The position numbers and the translations under genes were made by a program. Positions 24,201 through 39,200 of a DNA stretch of 64,000 bases are shown piece after piece. Source of the DNA: Nemertoderma westbladi (Eukaryota > Animalia > Xenacoelomorpha); assembly GCA_032718475.1 (NCBI GenBank), contig JAUCBJ010006456.1:22430-86429 (forward strand), read 5' to 3'. The stretch's first letter is position 1. Each line of letters starts with the position of its first letter. The notes beneath the pieces were generated by a model that made no database searches, was not told the origin of the DNA, and worked only from the letters and a program-made list of their open reading frames with translations.

Positions 24201-27200
24201 TGGTCACAAGTCCCAGATAGACCATATTCTGTTTCGTAGGAAATACAGGAGCTCTATACAAGACTGTAATGCATTTACACTTCGACGCTTCTCCAGTAAT
24301 CACCACCTTATTGTGGCCACGGTAAGACTTAGTCTGCGTGCTAGCAGAACAACGAAATCTGACTTGCCGCGGCATGACTGGTCCTCTCTGTTGCAACAGC
24401 CAAGTGTGAGATCCAGCTTCACACTACAGCTGAGCAACAGGTATGAGGCTCTTGCCTCTGAGGCGGTGATCACTGTGAGGGCTATACTGCCTTTACAGAA
24501 GCAGTTAAGTTAGCAGCTGCAGAAACAGTTCCTGTATACCCTCGAAACAGGAAAAGGGCCCCCTGGACTGCCAACAAAATTCAGAAGTGCCGAAATGACC
24601 TTCATAAGGCGCAGAAAGATTCCCGGCTCAAACAGACTACAGCAGCCAAGAATGCAGTTAAGGCTGCATCTAGGTCCCTGAACAGGCAGTACTCTGCTAA
24701 TCTACAGGAGCTAATAAACCAACAGGTTGATGCCATCAATGATGCTGACGACAGCAGGCAATCATCCCAGGCATGGAAATCGATCAATCTGCTTACTGGG
24801 CGGAAAAGCCAACCAACCACCAAGGTTAAGGCTGAATCACCAGCCGATCGCCTCAATGGTTGGAAAGCCCACTTTGAAAAGCTCCTCAATAATGACAGGG
24901 TATTGCCTGATAACTTTATAGAAGTAAAAGTGTCTGAGTCTGTACTCCCAGATATTCCCATTGGCGATATCTTCTTTGCAGAAGTGAAGGCTGCTGCAAA
25001 GAGCATTAAGACCAATCATGCCAGTGGAGTAGATGGTGTTCCCCCTGAGGTCTTTAAAATACCTGAGTGTTTAAAGCTCATCTATCCCATCATAGTAGAC
25101 ATGTACCGAACAACAAGAGTCCCACAAGAAATGAAAACAAATAAGTTGGTGCCAGTTCCCAAGAAGGGCAACCTAACACTCTATGGTTCTTTTCGGGGAA
25201 TCTCATTGATCTCGATTGCTGCAAAGCTATACAATAGGATTCTATTAAATCGCATCAGTGATCCCATTGAGAGACTGCTCCGTGGAAATCAGAATGGGTT
25301 CCGTAAAGGTCGTGGGACCATGGAGCCCATTTTGGCACTTAGAAGGATAATTGAAGAGTTATCAAAAAAGAAAGACAGGCATCTGGCTGTTATCTTTGTT
25401 GACTTCTTCAAGGCCTTTGATTCAGTCTCTCGCTCACGTATGTTCAGCATACTTTCATTATATGGGATTATATGGTGATATGTCTATTCTTGGTTCCTTG
25501 AGATAATTCATAAATTTTTTTTTGAGGATTTGTCCATATCGCATCAAGGTGGTACTGAAGACTTGTGCCGGACTTCACATTTTCTGCGATATCTCAAGAA
25601 CTATTCGCTCTACGTCTGTTTTGAAGTTGTCTACCCCCACTAAATCGGACATTGCGGTTCTAATGAGCATAGTATTAATGCAGTATGATAATTCAAAGTT
25701 GGCCATCGCGAAAATTCAGAATTATCATCACTTGCGCCAAATGGTAGGTTCTGTCCGTGCCTGTGGCACTAGTTCCCTTGATCAAAAAATTAAAATTTTG
25801 GTATCTAACTAAGTTTGGACCCTTTTGATGACATTTGATGCATGCAGGAAGTTATTTCTTGAGTCATTGATCTTTCATTAATGTCTAATATTGCTATAAA
25901 TTTCATTATGGTGCATCGCGAAGGCTCAAAATTTCAACCCTCTTATCTTGGGATCCGTGAAGATGTAGACGTTTTTTTTCCTTATTTTTTTACCATTTGG
26001 CATCTTTTGTGCACCGGTAGAACAATGAAATCGAAAAAAAGTAAAAAACGCACCGCCCTAATGATCAACTGCGAGGCATACAGCTTGTTCAACCTAATTG
26101 GTTCGGACCACAGAATTGTGACTGCAGAGATCAGACTCAGTTTGAGAGCCAGCAAACCCAGCACAAGCAAGCATATCAAATATGACAGGGAAAAACTCGA
26201 ACTGACAATGCTGTAAAGGAGGCTTATACAGTAGAAGTTCAAAACCGCTTTGAAGCACTTCAGTCAATGGATGAAGACCAATCCACCAATTCAATATACC
26301 AGAATATAATAACAGCCCACAAGGAATCAGCTAAGAGGCATATCCCCCAGAAACCCAAACGAAAACAATATGTGCCATGGCAAAATTCTGAGGTTACTTG
26401 TAAGAGAGAAGATCTTAAGATAGCCTACAAAGTTAAAACCGAACAACAAACAACCGAAAACATTAACAAGGTTGAGAAACAAGGTTAACGAGGTTGGTTT
26501 ACTAGCATGGTGTACACATGCGTAGGACCCGATGAGAGAAAGGAGAGTAGGAATAGAGAAGGGTTGAGTACGGGAGAAGTGTGGAGAGGAGGTGTTGACA
26601 TGTGAGGAGGTGAGAAGAGTGCAATTCAAGTGTGGGGAGCGAGCAGTAAGTGAGAGAGTAAGGGACAATAGGGTCCGTAAGAGGAAGAGTAGAGTGAGGT
26701 TAGAGTGAATTCAGAGCCAAGCAATATAAAATTGTGTGGAAAGAGAGTCCACAATTGTCTCGAACAGAGACGTCAGATATCTTGGTGCAACATAGCTCGC
26801 GATTGCACCAATGAGGGGTAGTAATATCATACCCAGGGGGGGCGGCCTGGAAAGCCAACCCCGAGAAAATAACTCCACCCCACACCCGATAGTAGATCGG
26901 GTTACAGCAGAATTGAAGCGCACATAAGGTTGATGCTATCTTCTCACCGGGAAGATAGCATGGGGGGGAGTGTAAGCGGATTCAATTCCATTTCATTACC
27001 CACCAGAAAATGGGACTAGTGGCATTTTAGCAATATGTTGGGGATACGAGATTACCAATATTAATCTCGTATCATAACCAACATTGGGGGGGGGGGGGGG
27101 GGGGGCGACACAAGCCCCAAAGCCACAGAGAGAGGTGAGAGGTCAAACCACCTCGAAGGGAATTCAGCTAGTAGAGGCTAGCAGCGGAGGGGGAACACTC

Positions 27201-30200
27201 CCAGGGAGTGCCAAGGTGACAAGTAGTATATTAGCCAATAGTGGGGAGGGAAGCACGTGATAGGGAACAGGAAAGCATCCATTGGGTAGAGGGCTAAAGT
27301 AGAGTAAGAGGTGAACCAATATTCAATGTATTAATCATATATTATCTCACATTACTGGTTTACCGGTCAGTTGTGTTATTCAGTTTAGCCAGGACGATCT
27401 AAGGACGATCTTAAATTGGCCTACAACATCAGCCAGGAAAAGTACATACAGGGTAAAACTGAAGCAATTACAACTGCTCACATACAGCAACAATCAAGAC
27501 TTACCCTGCAAACTGTAAATGAGGTATCTGGTCGGAAAAGTTGTGCAAAGGGGTGCCTCAAAGCCGATAGTCCTGAAGAACGTGTTGGGAAGTGGAAAAA
27601 TCACTTCAGCAACTTGCTTGGTCAGCCACCAAACATCGAGGTCAGCCCTACAAGGAAAATATATGACAAGACACTAGCTATAGAAACAGGGGACTTCACA
27701 CCTGCCGAACTTCAAAGAAGCATTAAAAGCATGTCCAGTCCAATAATAAAGCGAGTGGATTAGATGAAATCCCAGCGGAGTATGGAAAACCGGAGTGCTA
27801 AACAGACCATTATTGAATGTTTGCAACCGGATGTTAAAATGGGAAAAGCCACCACCAATTTGGTCTAAAGGTCAACTAAAGCCTCTCCCCAAGAAAGGAT
27901 ACCTCGGCATACCAACAAACTATCGCTCTTGACTTTTGTGGACTTCAAGAAGGCATTCGACTCCATCCATAGAGGTAAAATGCTTGAAATCGTAAGAGCT
28001 TATGGAATACCAGAAGTAATTGTTGCTGGCATTGGATTGTTATATTGTGACACAGAAGCGCAGGTACTCTCACCAGATGGTGAAACTGAGTTGTTCTCAA
28101 TCCTGGCTGGCGTACTGCAAGGTGACACATTAGCACCATTACTATTTGTAATTGTGCAGGAATACGCAATGAGGATGGCCACAAAGGGTGACGATCTGGG
28201 ATTCACACTTCAAGAACGCAGAAGTAGTAGATATCCGGCAACTTCAGTCACAGACACAGTCTTTGCGGATGACATCGCCCTGCTCTCTAATGCACAGCCT
28301 TCTACTAAATAAAGTGGAGAGGGCTGCTAAGGAGGTTGGATTGCATATAAATGCTACAAAGACCGAATTAATGACCTTTAATGTTGATGGAAACTTGACA
28401 ACCATTGATAATAATCAACTAAGGAAGGTCGATGACTTCCAGTACCTTGGATCATGGATAGAGAGTAGCAAAAAGGACATACAAGTTAGGAAAGCAAAGG
28501 CTTGGGTAGCTCTATCAAAAATGGATACCATCTGGAAATCAGATCTCTCCTGGCAACTGAACACTAAGTTCTTTCGAGCCACAGTGGAAAGTGTATTTTT
28601 ATACGGGGGTGAGACCTGGACACTGACTGAATCACTTGAACAACGAATTGATGGTTGCTTCACAAGACTACTAAGGGCAGCCTTAAACATCAGCTTGAGA
28701 CAACACATGACAAACGCCGAGCTTTATGGTACAATACCACCTGTATCAACCACCCTCCGTGAACGCAGATTAAGATTCAGTAGGCACTGCTGGCGAAGTA
28801 AAGACAATGTCATACCAGATCTACTTATGGAAAGCGTAGTCGTGAACGACCGGCCATAACATATATAGATCAACTTGAAAGGGATACTGAACTTGGGAGA
28901 AACGAAATTGCGACAACTATGGAGAATGGGGAAGCCTGGAAGGAACTCATTTCCACTATCCCAGTTCGCTCGACCTAGTAGTAGTAGTATACAATATGAT
29001 CTATATATTTTATTACTTTGGCAATTGTTGCTGTCAAACCGAATGTATCCTGTCTTGCAGTCGCAAATGTATCCACCGGCTGTATTGCGACAATCAGTGC
29101 TGGTGGTGTTGCAATCATGTGTGTTTTCAGAGCATTCATCAATATCTGCAAACAGTAAAAGATAAAATAATACGAATATCATTATCATCATCATCATAAT
29201 CAATGGGTGTAAATAATAATAAAAGGAATTTTTTACTTAAGATGGCATTTCCACATCCACCACTACCATAGGGACATGCCTAAGATAGACAAAATACATA
29301 ACAACATGGGTAGAATTGATATAGGTGACTATTTCCTGACTACTTCCTTCCTTATGCCGTTAAAACATCCAATAAGATTTAGACAAGTATACCAATTCGA
29401 TGATTAATTTATACTGTATTATCTAATAATTATTAGTTGTGCTTACAGATATTAGTTGTGCAATTATTATTAGTTGTGATTACCAAGAGTGAGGGAGTGT
29501 AATGTGTATATTATTTTTATTTTTGTTTGGCTATTAATGGGTAGGGTAGGGTACTCTTACTTATCCTGGACTTCAGATTTTATTATATTTGATAATGTTA
29601 ATATTGTGATTATTTTATATTTTTTCACATTAGTAATAATCCTTTAAAATCAACCTATTTTAGATTTATACTACTGACCTTCACATGTAGTTTCATCATG
29701 TTCTTTGTTTCCTGGAAGACATATGCATGAAAATGAGCCAGGATTGTTATTGTCCAGACTGCAGGTAGTAGTGGAAGCATCGCAATTATTTTGAGTGGTA
29801 TCACAAATACTCACAACTGAAATAAAAATTATTCATGGTCAGCTGATCACGTAATCATGGACTTATGCAATAGCAATAAACCAAGATGCCAGGATTATTT
29901 ATAGCATCCCTTATTGACAGTAAGCAAATTAACCCATATGTTCAAGCCAAATAGTAGAAATGCTGAATACTCTAAATATTGCTAGAGAGAGCTTCATTAG
30001 AGAAGAAAGTTCTGAAAAGAGCTCTCATATGAAAAACTAGATCATAGCAATTATAAATATAGCAATGGTGTTCAATTTTACTACAAGAGATCACAATGTA
30101 ATAATTGGAAAGGACCGGCAACAGTACTTGGATGTGATGCTCAGATGGTGTTAGTTAAACATGGTGGCCAATATCTACGAGTACACCCTTGTCATCTTAT

Positions 30201-33200
30201 GCCTGGATCAATAGGAGACAACAGTATAATGTGGCTTAACACTTTTGGAAAACTTCATATTTGGCAAAATGTTAAATTGTCAAAAGGTGTCATACTTGCA
30301 ACAAGATGTCAAAAGATGTCAAGCCACACAATTATTATGTGGATTAAATCTTTTTTGCAATATTATTTTTGGTTTAACACTCTTTGACTAATCGCAAATC
30401 CGAACTGTAGCTTAACTTTCTTCTATTTTTAAGGCATTTCCTCGTATTATTGGGAAATAGGATCTCATAATTAGGTAGATTACACTTTCCCCTATCGAAT
30501 GATAACAAAAACTCGATTTCGACAAAAAGTGGGATAACACCCTTTTGCATAACACTGTCCAAATTAGGCTTAAGATGCTCTCGGTTTGACCCAGCAGTAA
30601 TTTTCTACCATCTAGAAAGAAAGAAATCTCATTGGAATAATAACCTGCCATGTTGGTGATTTCTTATGTGGGGTACTGCATTTTAGAAACACATAATAGA
30701 TACGATACAAATAATTTTTTTTATCATTGGAAGTGAACAAACAGTTGAATTTAAATACCTCGGACTCGACTATATAACAAAGAGTCTAACTAAATATATT
30801 CACAATATCAACAATGATTACCCTATTGAGAGGAAAACATTAGATGACAAAACTACTTTATTGAACAACGAATCAATTTACATATTATAAAGGTTTGTTG
30901 GGTCAAATAAATTGGTCAGCAACACAAGCAAGACCAGATATTGCATTCGAATCATGCCAATTAGCATGTATGAACAAATTGGATATAACAATTGCAAATT
31001 TATCTTATTCGCGAAGAGAACAGTGCGGTATGACCAAGAAAACGTATAATTAATGGGTTGATTCAATCTTTGTTAGTTGAGCTGACACCGTTTTTGCTGC
31101 TGGTGGATCTAGTGGCTGGACCGAGGCGGTGAATTATGTTGATAAAGTTGCGAGGTACGCCGTGAGAGACGATAAGATTCACGTCCTCGATTTTATCATC
31201 ATGGGGATCCGAACGTTCTTTGAGACTGTGGATAAGTATATTGTACTTCCGTAAATACTGGGCAAGTTCGTCATTTTCAGATTTAAGAGCAACGTTTTCA
31301 ACTTTTAGTTTATCAACTTCATCCTTCGATGAGCCATTGTTGAATAGGAGTTCTTTAGTGAGCTCAGGGATATTTGCTTGTGGAACAAGCTGAGTTTTAA
31401 TGTCTATTATTTTTGTCTGAATATTTCCGACTAATTCATTTAAAGTAACGAGAATGTAAGCGAGTCTATCGTGTTTGTCAGCAGAGCATTGTTTTACCAA
31501 CTAATCGGTAATTTTTCCCTGATGCCCCTAATTGCTGTATTGTGAGTCTCATAGTCCAGTGTAAGCTCCTTGTCAGTACAGCAGTAGTCAGACAAGAATA
31601 AGGCTACCTATGGTACATAAAATCTGTATTGGTGGTACTGTACAGTAGGGCCAGACTCCAACCTACCAAGCCTTTGGTGAACCTGAGGCAAGTCACTGGA
31701 CTAGCCACAGTTATTACCCTATCACTCAGGTCCCCAATGCAACAAGGCGAGCAGACTGCCTTGGCAGATAAGCTTTGCCTTACCACAAGAACACTGAATG
31801 CACCAATGCGGACTGGAAAGACATATGAGGTTCTGATTAAGGACATGGGGGGATGTTGTCGACTTGCCCTCGAATAAGCAGATGATAATGGTAGAGGTGG
31901 AATTAGTCCATTGATTTCATTTAATGGACTTTTCATAAATTCACATCCAACTTCCAAAAATACTTAAATTGCTCAGATTTTTAACGAAATCTGGTACAGA
32001 GGTTCCCAAATGAATTCTAAGAAATTAATTTGAATGATTGATGGAAAAATGCACTTTTAGACGAAATATGGGATTTTTAATGCAAACTTTTTGTCTAAAT
32101 TTACAGATATTACAGATTTCATAAGTTAGGACGTTATTTACTACAAGAAGCAAAATACTTTTGTATTAACATTTAAGGGACAAAATGTAGACCTGTACCC
32201 TGGCCCTGAGTTACGATTAAAGTAACAAATGATACAATTTTGGAGAAAAATACTATAAAAGTTTATTATATCAACTTTCCAAATTACCATTTTTCGGCCC
32301 TAATTTCTGGCCCTTAATATTAAAGCAATGCCCAATATCACTAACAGTAACGGAACTCCACCTCATCATGTCTACAAAACGAAATGGAAAGGTATCTATC
32401 TAATTAACAGAAACGAAGTTACAATTATATTTAAAAACTGTCAAAAATTTGGCCCAAAATTGCCAAAAGTTGAATTGTTGGCAGACTGTTCAATATTTTT
32501 ACCCAATGCACAACTGTAATGGATATGTAGTCGATGCACAACTGTAATGTACTCCGAATGAGTTTCAATTCTACTACTTTGCAAAACTACTTTGGAGATA
32601 GCGACAAAACAACACAAAAACTTCACCATTGTGGTAATGTTTTGGTAAAATTAATGTGGCCAAAATGGCAAAATTTGGCCAAACGAAATTATTAATGAAA
32701 TTTGCAAATTTTCCACGCACAAAGTCCCAAGAGAACATTTGAAGATTTCATTCGCCTTCACTCTGGATATAGGGCCTTATCTGTCCGAATTGTTATTGTT
32801 ATTGTTAATTGTCATAATGTGACCCTGTTAAGCTTAATTTAATATACAGTCCTACTGCTAGAGAAAAAAACTCAGAATTTGATATTTTAGTGATATTTTA
32901 TGTTGCCAAATTTGGACGAAAACCAACATTTGGTCACCAAGTTGGGAAGGTTGAGCAACAAAATAGAAAAAAACTAAATCAAGCAAGATTCTTAGAATAA
33001 CACCAAAAACTACCAAAAACTACCAACAGAGAATATAATAAAAATATAATAGAAGAATATAATTCCTAGGAAGTTTTAAAATTCACAGAGTATGCTCTAC
33101 TTTATATACTAATGTTTTTAAAAAATTTATGGGCGTTTTAGTATGTTCGGACTATTTTTCAGGCATCATTTGAGGTAGACTTAAAGAGAAGCATAATGGA

Positions 33201-36200
33201 TCATAAAACATCCAAATGGACATGTTTTACAAAACCAATACTCACGATTGTAGCCCTGTAGATGTTGAACATTTTGGAACATGCTTGATAAAAATTGAGT
33301 GAAAAATAAAATGTACTGGGGAATATAGTGATGAAAAATGTCAAAATCGACAAACTGAGAAAAAGGTTGTTTTATACATAGAGTCATGAATATAAGCAAT
33401 AAATTATGTTGTTGTAAAGTTCTGTTTTATGGTGAAAAAAATGTTTCAATGGTAAAAACCGATGTCACCACATGAAAGCCCTTCTATCAAACCACAAAAG
33501 TAGGATAAAAAAAATTCCGAAAATTTAAAATTTTGCAGTCGCTGGGGGTGATACTCCCCTTAAAATTGATTTTTTTTTCACAAGTTACTCACTTGTAGTA
33601 GTAACATCATCAGTTGTTGTTGTAGCAGCTTCTGTACCTAAAACAAAATTCACTGTTCTATACGAATTTCATAAAGTACATCAATTTTTAACTTCGGACT
33701 ATGACAACAGACCAGCAGTAACTGGGTTCTGGGGTAGAACCCTCCACCAATATCTTGATGGCTTTAATATCAGCTTAAAGCATTGATCTAGCGAAGAATC
33801 AATAGCTTTTCTGCTACCAGAAAACGCACATCATTGTGTCAGTTCTCAACCCACTACTTGCAGATACCAATGTGGAGCCATTAGCAATGTGGACCATTAT
33901 GACTTTAGAAGTTTCTTATCAGTACCAGTAGTCACGGAAGCAGCTGAAGTATGAGGAGCTTGTCCGTGAAGTCAAACTATCCAGTTTTACACCCCTCATC
34001 TTCTCACCCTTCAGGGGAATGGCGCCGACAACCCAGCAATTTTTGAAACTACTACTACTACTAGGTCGAGCGAACTCGACTAATTTTTGAACATTTTTTG
34101 TTGGTCCACAAACATTGTTTGTGGACATAGTGGACAAGCGCGGTATATGTTATTCAGATTGCGTTTCACTGACCTAGAGGCATTTAAGTTTCTCGCTGTT
34201 GAGATCATTTCTAATGCATGCCTTTATGGGAACCACTCCACCTCCAGACCTCCAGTCCACCATGCAATAGCGAGACCTCATAATCGCGTTGTCAAACGCT
34301 GATACCTGTACCGGTATCATGACATAAACTGATAGATATGGTATCATGACATAAACTGCTCCAATGGTACCTAGGCCTAAGTAAGAAGCTATGTTATTAA
34401 ATATTCTTATTGGTATGGTTGCTCGTTGACGGGGTATTACTTGGATTCTATGGAGAAACAGTGTGATTTTCTGTAATTAATATCAACGCCTGCGCTTTTT
34501 ATAATGCAGCAGATAAGTGCATTATACCTTGCATATAATAATATCGATTTTTGTTTTCTACAGCTTGATGATGGCGGCAACAGCCAGGCACCTCTCGAAA
34601 AATTTGGAATTGTAGACAGTGTACTTTGTTTGATCAACAATTAGACAACACTTAGGGTAAAAATATTTCCAATATGCGAATGAACACATTTTCTATTTGT
34701 TTTTTTACCGGATGGTTTGTTAGCCTACTGCTGGCCATGCATTGCTTCAGACATTACCGGTGATGTAAATGTATAACATGCAACTAATGCAGAAGGCATT
34801 AAAATAATTGGCCTACAGTTGCTCAGAAAATATCTGACACAGCTTTACTTTGTATGGCCTTATATTATAGGAGGTAATGAACTGCACACATAACTGTTCT
34901 CTATGTAATACATCTGTAGATTGCGAGAAAAGAGTGGTCCATCTGTTCCTTTTTTGCATTATCATCAAGAATATATGATTATACCAACTGATCAAAATCA
35001 CAACAGATTAGACTCCAGCAGTAATAATTATATCATAATTTTACAATGCACTGCTGGCTCACATAATAAACAAAGACATTAGAAATAAAAATAAATTGTT
35101 GAACAAGAGACTCACTTGTTTCAGCTTGAGTGGTTGTAGTATCCGGCTGAGTACCTATTAAACAAAACAAATTTAGTAAATAATTATTCAACTTTAAAAA
35201 TTAATTATCAATTAATTATTTAAAAATTGTTATATATTAATTACTTAATTTATTATTTCCCCATTATCGCCCTGCTCTCTAATACGCTAGCAGATGCACA
35301 GCTTCTACTGAATAAAGTGGAGAGGCCGGCTAAGGAGGTTGGATTGCATATAAATGGCACCAAGACCGAATTTATGACCTTTAATGTTGATGGAAATGTG
35401 ACAACCATTGATAGTAATCAACTAAGGAAGGTCGACGACTTCCACTACCTTGGATCATGGATAGAGAGTAGCGAAAAGGACATAGAAGTTAGGAAGGCAA
35501 AGGCTTGGGTAGCTCTATCAAAAATGGATACCATCTGGAAATCAGATCTCTCCAGGCACCTAAAGACTAAGTTCTTTCGAGCCACAGTGGAAAGTGTATT
35601 TTTATACGGGGGTGAGACCTGGACACTGACTAAATCTCTTGAACAACGAATTGATGGTTGCTACACAAGACTACTATACTAAGGGCAGCCATAAACACCA
35701 GGTGGAGACAACACATGACAAATGCCGAGCTTTATGGAACAATACCGCCTGTATCAACCACCCTCCGTGAACGCAGATTAAGATTCAGTGGGCACTACCA
35801 TACCAGGTCATACCAGGTCTACTTTTCTGGCAACCAACTCATGGAAAGCGTAGTCGTGGACGACCGGCCATAACATATATAGATCAACTTGAAAGGGATA
35901 CAGGTTCGTAAATGGGAATCGATGACGATCTGTAATGTGAAAATGTAATGCAGTATAACAGTTTATTGATTGTAGTGTTCAGTTTATTTGTTGTGTTTAT
36001 TTTCAGTGTGGTGGAATCTGTGCTACCTCACAAGATAACACCATGTATATGTCCATATGGATCAGAGAAAAGTAGACGGTTATGATTGAGGGTAATTATG
36101 TGCCTAAGTTTGTAGAAAATACCACTGCATTTAGAGAATATTTGAGTACCTGATTTTTATGTGTTTTCTTTCCAATGTAGTTTTGAATCTTTACAAATGC

Positions 36201-39200
36201 CTAGTAATTTGGTGCGTCTGTCCGTTTGATATCGTGTTGTTAATAATTTTAATTTGTAACCTGGTGGGTGCTATTGTTGGTAGTAGGAATATATCCATAT
36301 ATCATAATTAGCACTAAATTATCATAACTATATTACAAAAAAAATTTTTTTAAAGCAACCTTCAGTTATCGATTGACCCTTCTACAAAAAATTATTAATT
36401 TCTGACAAAGCCTTGCCCTGTTACTATTGGTTTTCATTGACTGTGTCATTTTATAGCGCGACCCCCCCCCCCCCCCCCCCCCCCCCCCTTAACAAATAAA
36501 GCCATTAAAGCCTTAAATGGTTGCACAAGTTACTAACTTGTAGTAGGAGCATTAGTTGTTGTAGCAGCTTCTGAAAGTAAAACAAAATTAAGACATGATA
36601 TTTATGAATCTCTGAAATAATATTCATATTTTAATATTAACAAAAAGCCATTAAAGCCTAAAATGGTTGCAATAGTTACTAACTTGTAGTAGGAGCATTA
36701 GTTGTTGTTGAGGTTGTTGTTGTAGCAGCTTCTGAAAGTAAAACAAAATTAAGACATGATATTTATGAATCTCTGAAATAATATTCATATTTTAATATTA
36801 ACAAAAAGCCATTAAAGCCTAAAATGGTTGCACTAGTTACTAACTTGTAGTAGGAGCATTAGTTGTTGTTGAGGTTGTTGTTGTAGCAGCTTCTGTACCT
36901 AAAACAAAATTAAGACATGATATTTATGAATCTCTGAAATAATATTCATATTTTAATATTAACAAAAAGCCATTAAAGCCTAAAATGGTTGCAATAGTTA
37001 CTAACTTGTAGTAGGAGCATTAGTTGTTGTTGAGGTTGTTGTTGTAGCAGCTTCTGAAAGTAAAACAAAATTAAGACATGATATTTATGAATCTCTGAAA
37101 TAATATTCATATTTTAATATTAACAAAAAGCCATTAAAGCCTAAAATGGTTGCACTAGTTACTAACTTGTAGTAGGAGCATTAGTTGTTGTTGAGGTTGT
37201 TGTTGTAGCAGCTTCTGAAAGTAAAACAAAATTAAGACATGATATTTATGAATCTCTGAAATAATATTCATATTTTAATATTAACAAAAAGCCATTAAAG
37301 CCTCAAATGGTTGCACTAGTTACTATCTTGTCGTAGGAGCAGTAGTTGTTGTTGAGGTTGTTGTTGTAGCAGCTTCTGTAACTAAAACAAAATCAAAACA
37401 TGATATTTATGAATCTCTGAAATAATATTCATATTTTAATATTAACAAAAAGCCATTAAAGCCTAAAATGGTTGCACTAGTTACTAACTTGTAGTAGGAG
37501 CATTAGTTGTTGTTGAGGTTGTTGTTGTAGCAGCTTCTGTACCTAAAAAAAAATTAAAACATGATATTTATGAATGGAAGCAGGACAATTCGGTCCCGGA
37601 CAATTCGGTCCGGACAATTCGGTCCCAAAACATGCATATTAATGGGACCGAATTGTCCGGGACCGAATTGTCCTACATCCTATATGAATCTCTGCAATAA
37701 TATTCATATTTTAATCTTAACAAAAAGCCATTAAAGCCTAAAATGGTTGCACTAGTTATTAACTTGTAGTAGGAGCATTAGTTGTTGTTGAGATTGTTGT
37801 TGTAGCAGCTTCTGAAAGTAAAACAAAATTAAGACATGATATTTATGAATCTCTGAAATAATATTCATATTTTAATATTAACAAAAAGCCATTAAAGCCT
37901 GAAATGGTTGCACCAGTTACTAACTTGTAGTAGGAGCATTAGTTGTTGTTGAGGTTGTTGTAGGAGGATCTTCTGTTCCTAAAACAAAAAAATAAAACAT
38001 GATATTTATGAATCTCTACAATAATATTCATATTTTTATCTAAACAAAAAGCCATTAAAGCCTAAAATGGTTGCACTAGTTATTAACTTGTAGTAGGAGC
38101 ATTAGTTGTTGAGGGTGTTGTTGTAGCAGCTTCTGAAAGTAAAACAAAATTAAGACATGATATTTATGAATTTGTGAAATAACATTCATATTTTAATCTT
38201 AACAAATAAAGCCATTAAGGGGGGGTATACCAATTCTGGAAGGATTTGAATAGACTTCATATTCATTGTAAAAACTAAGTTGATGCTACGCCAAGGAAGA
38301 AGAAGGAACATAGGTGATTGTAATACGAATACTATAATGAGGTAGTTGTAGTAGACAACAGACTGGTAGATCGGTAGATAACAGAAATGGTGATATGCAT
38401 AAAGCAGGTAACTTGACCGGTAAGGGGCCTTGGTACCTAACACATCTGTACACTGACCAGCCGGCTAGGTTCGAGCCTAACCCAGCACAGTCAACCATAT
38501 CCTAGGAAAGGATGATTAACATCCCAATCTAACTACAGTAGTGTGAGGTATGGCGTGATCTCTTTCCTAAAATATGACTATAACACAAACACAAACAACA
38601 TAAACACTACTGGAAAATATAAAGACAAGCTAAATAAGTCGGAAGTATGCATATGACTAAGTATAGAACAAATACTGCAAATAGATTATTCCCGTGTCTA
38701 ACTACTGTATAGTGCTATGCCTAAATATATATATATATATATATATATAGTCCTATAGGATATACCATTTCAAAAATAAACATGGATCTTAGTACATTAT
38801 AAGTGGGGAAAAGACATCAACCCGGGATGTACTAACAGCTTGTGTTAGTGACACGCCTGAGCGGGGTACCCATAATAATCAGGTTGACGTCAAAGCCGTT
38901 TGGGACGTTGATGGATAGGAGTAACTGGGTGGAACCCAACACTGCTGGGGCCTTGTTCGTCGGCGAAATCTCAATCTCATCAGTAGCATTGTGTGGTGTG
39001 ACGACCGCCTCAAGCTGAGTACCTTTTTCCAGTGTATTGATTTTGGACCAGAACCACAAGCCAATTGAGACTCAGGAGTCTTTAAACTTATCTCATCCTC
39101 ATCAGAGGACTCTGCAGACAGCATGTCATAGTCATTAAATGGTATAGTTGGTACAAGTAAACAATCAGCCTTCCATACACGATAGGAGTGGGCACGCAAT

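Noticed and set aside
28724-29203. Single-exon secreted EGF protein with signal peptide
   Set aside because: The hydrophobic start is intron sequence ((ATG)n plus polypyrimidine tract) and the tail is antisense LINE; only 29017-29145 is exon
31920-33563. Kolobok/piggyBac-like TTAA elements (also single ends near 21895, 46670, 47845)
   Set aside because: Only one terminus recognisable in each case; no paired TIRs
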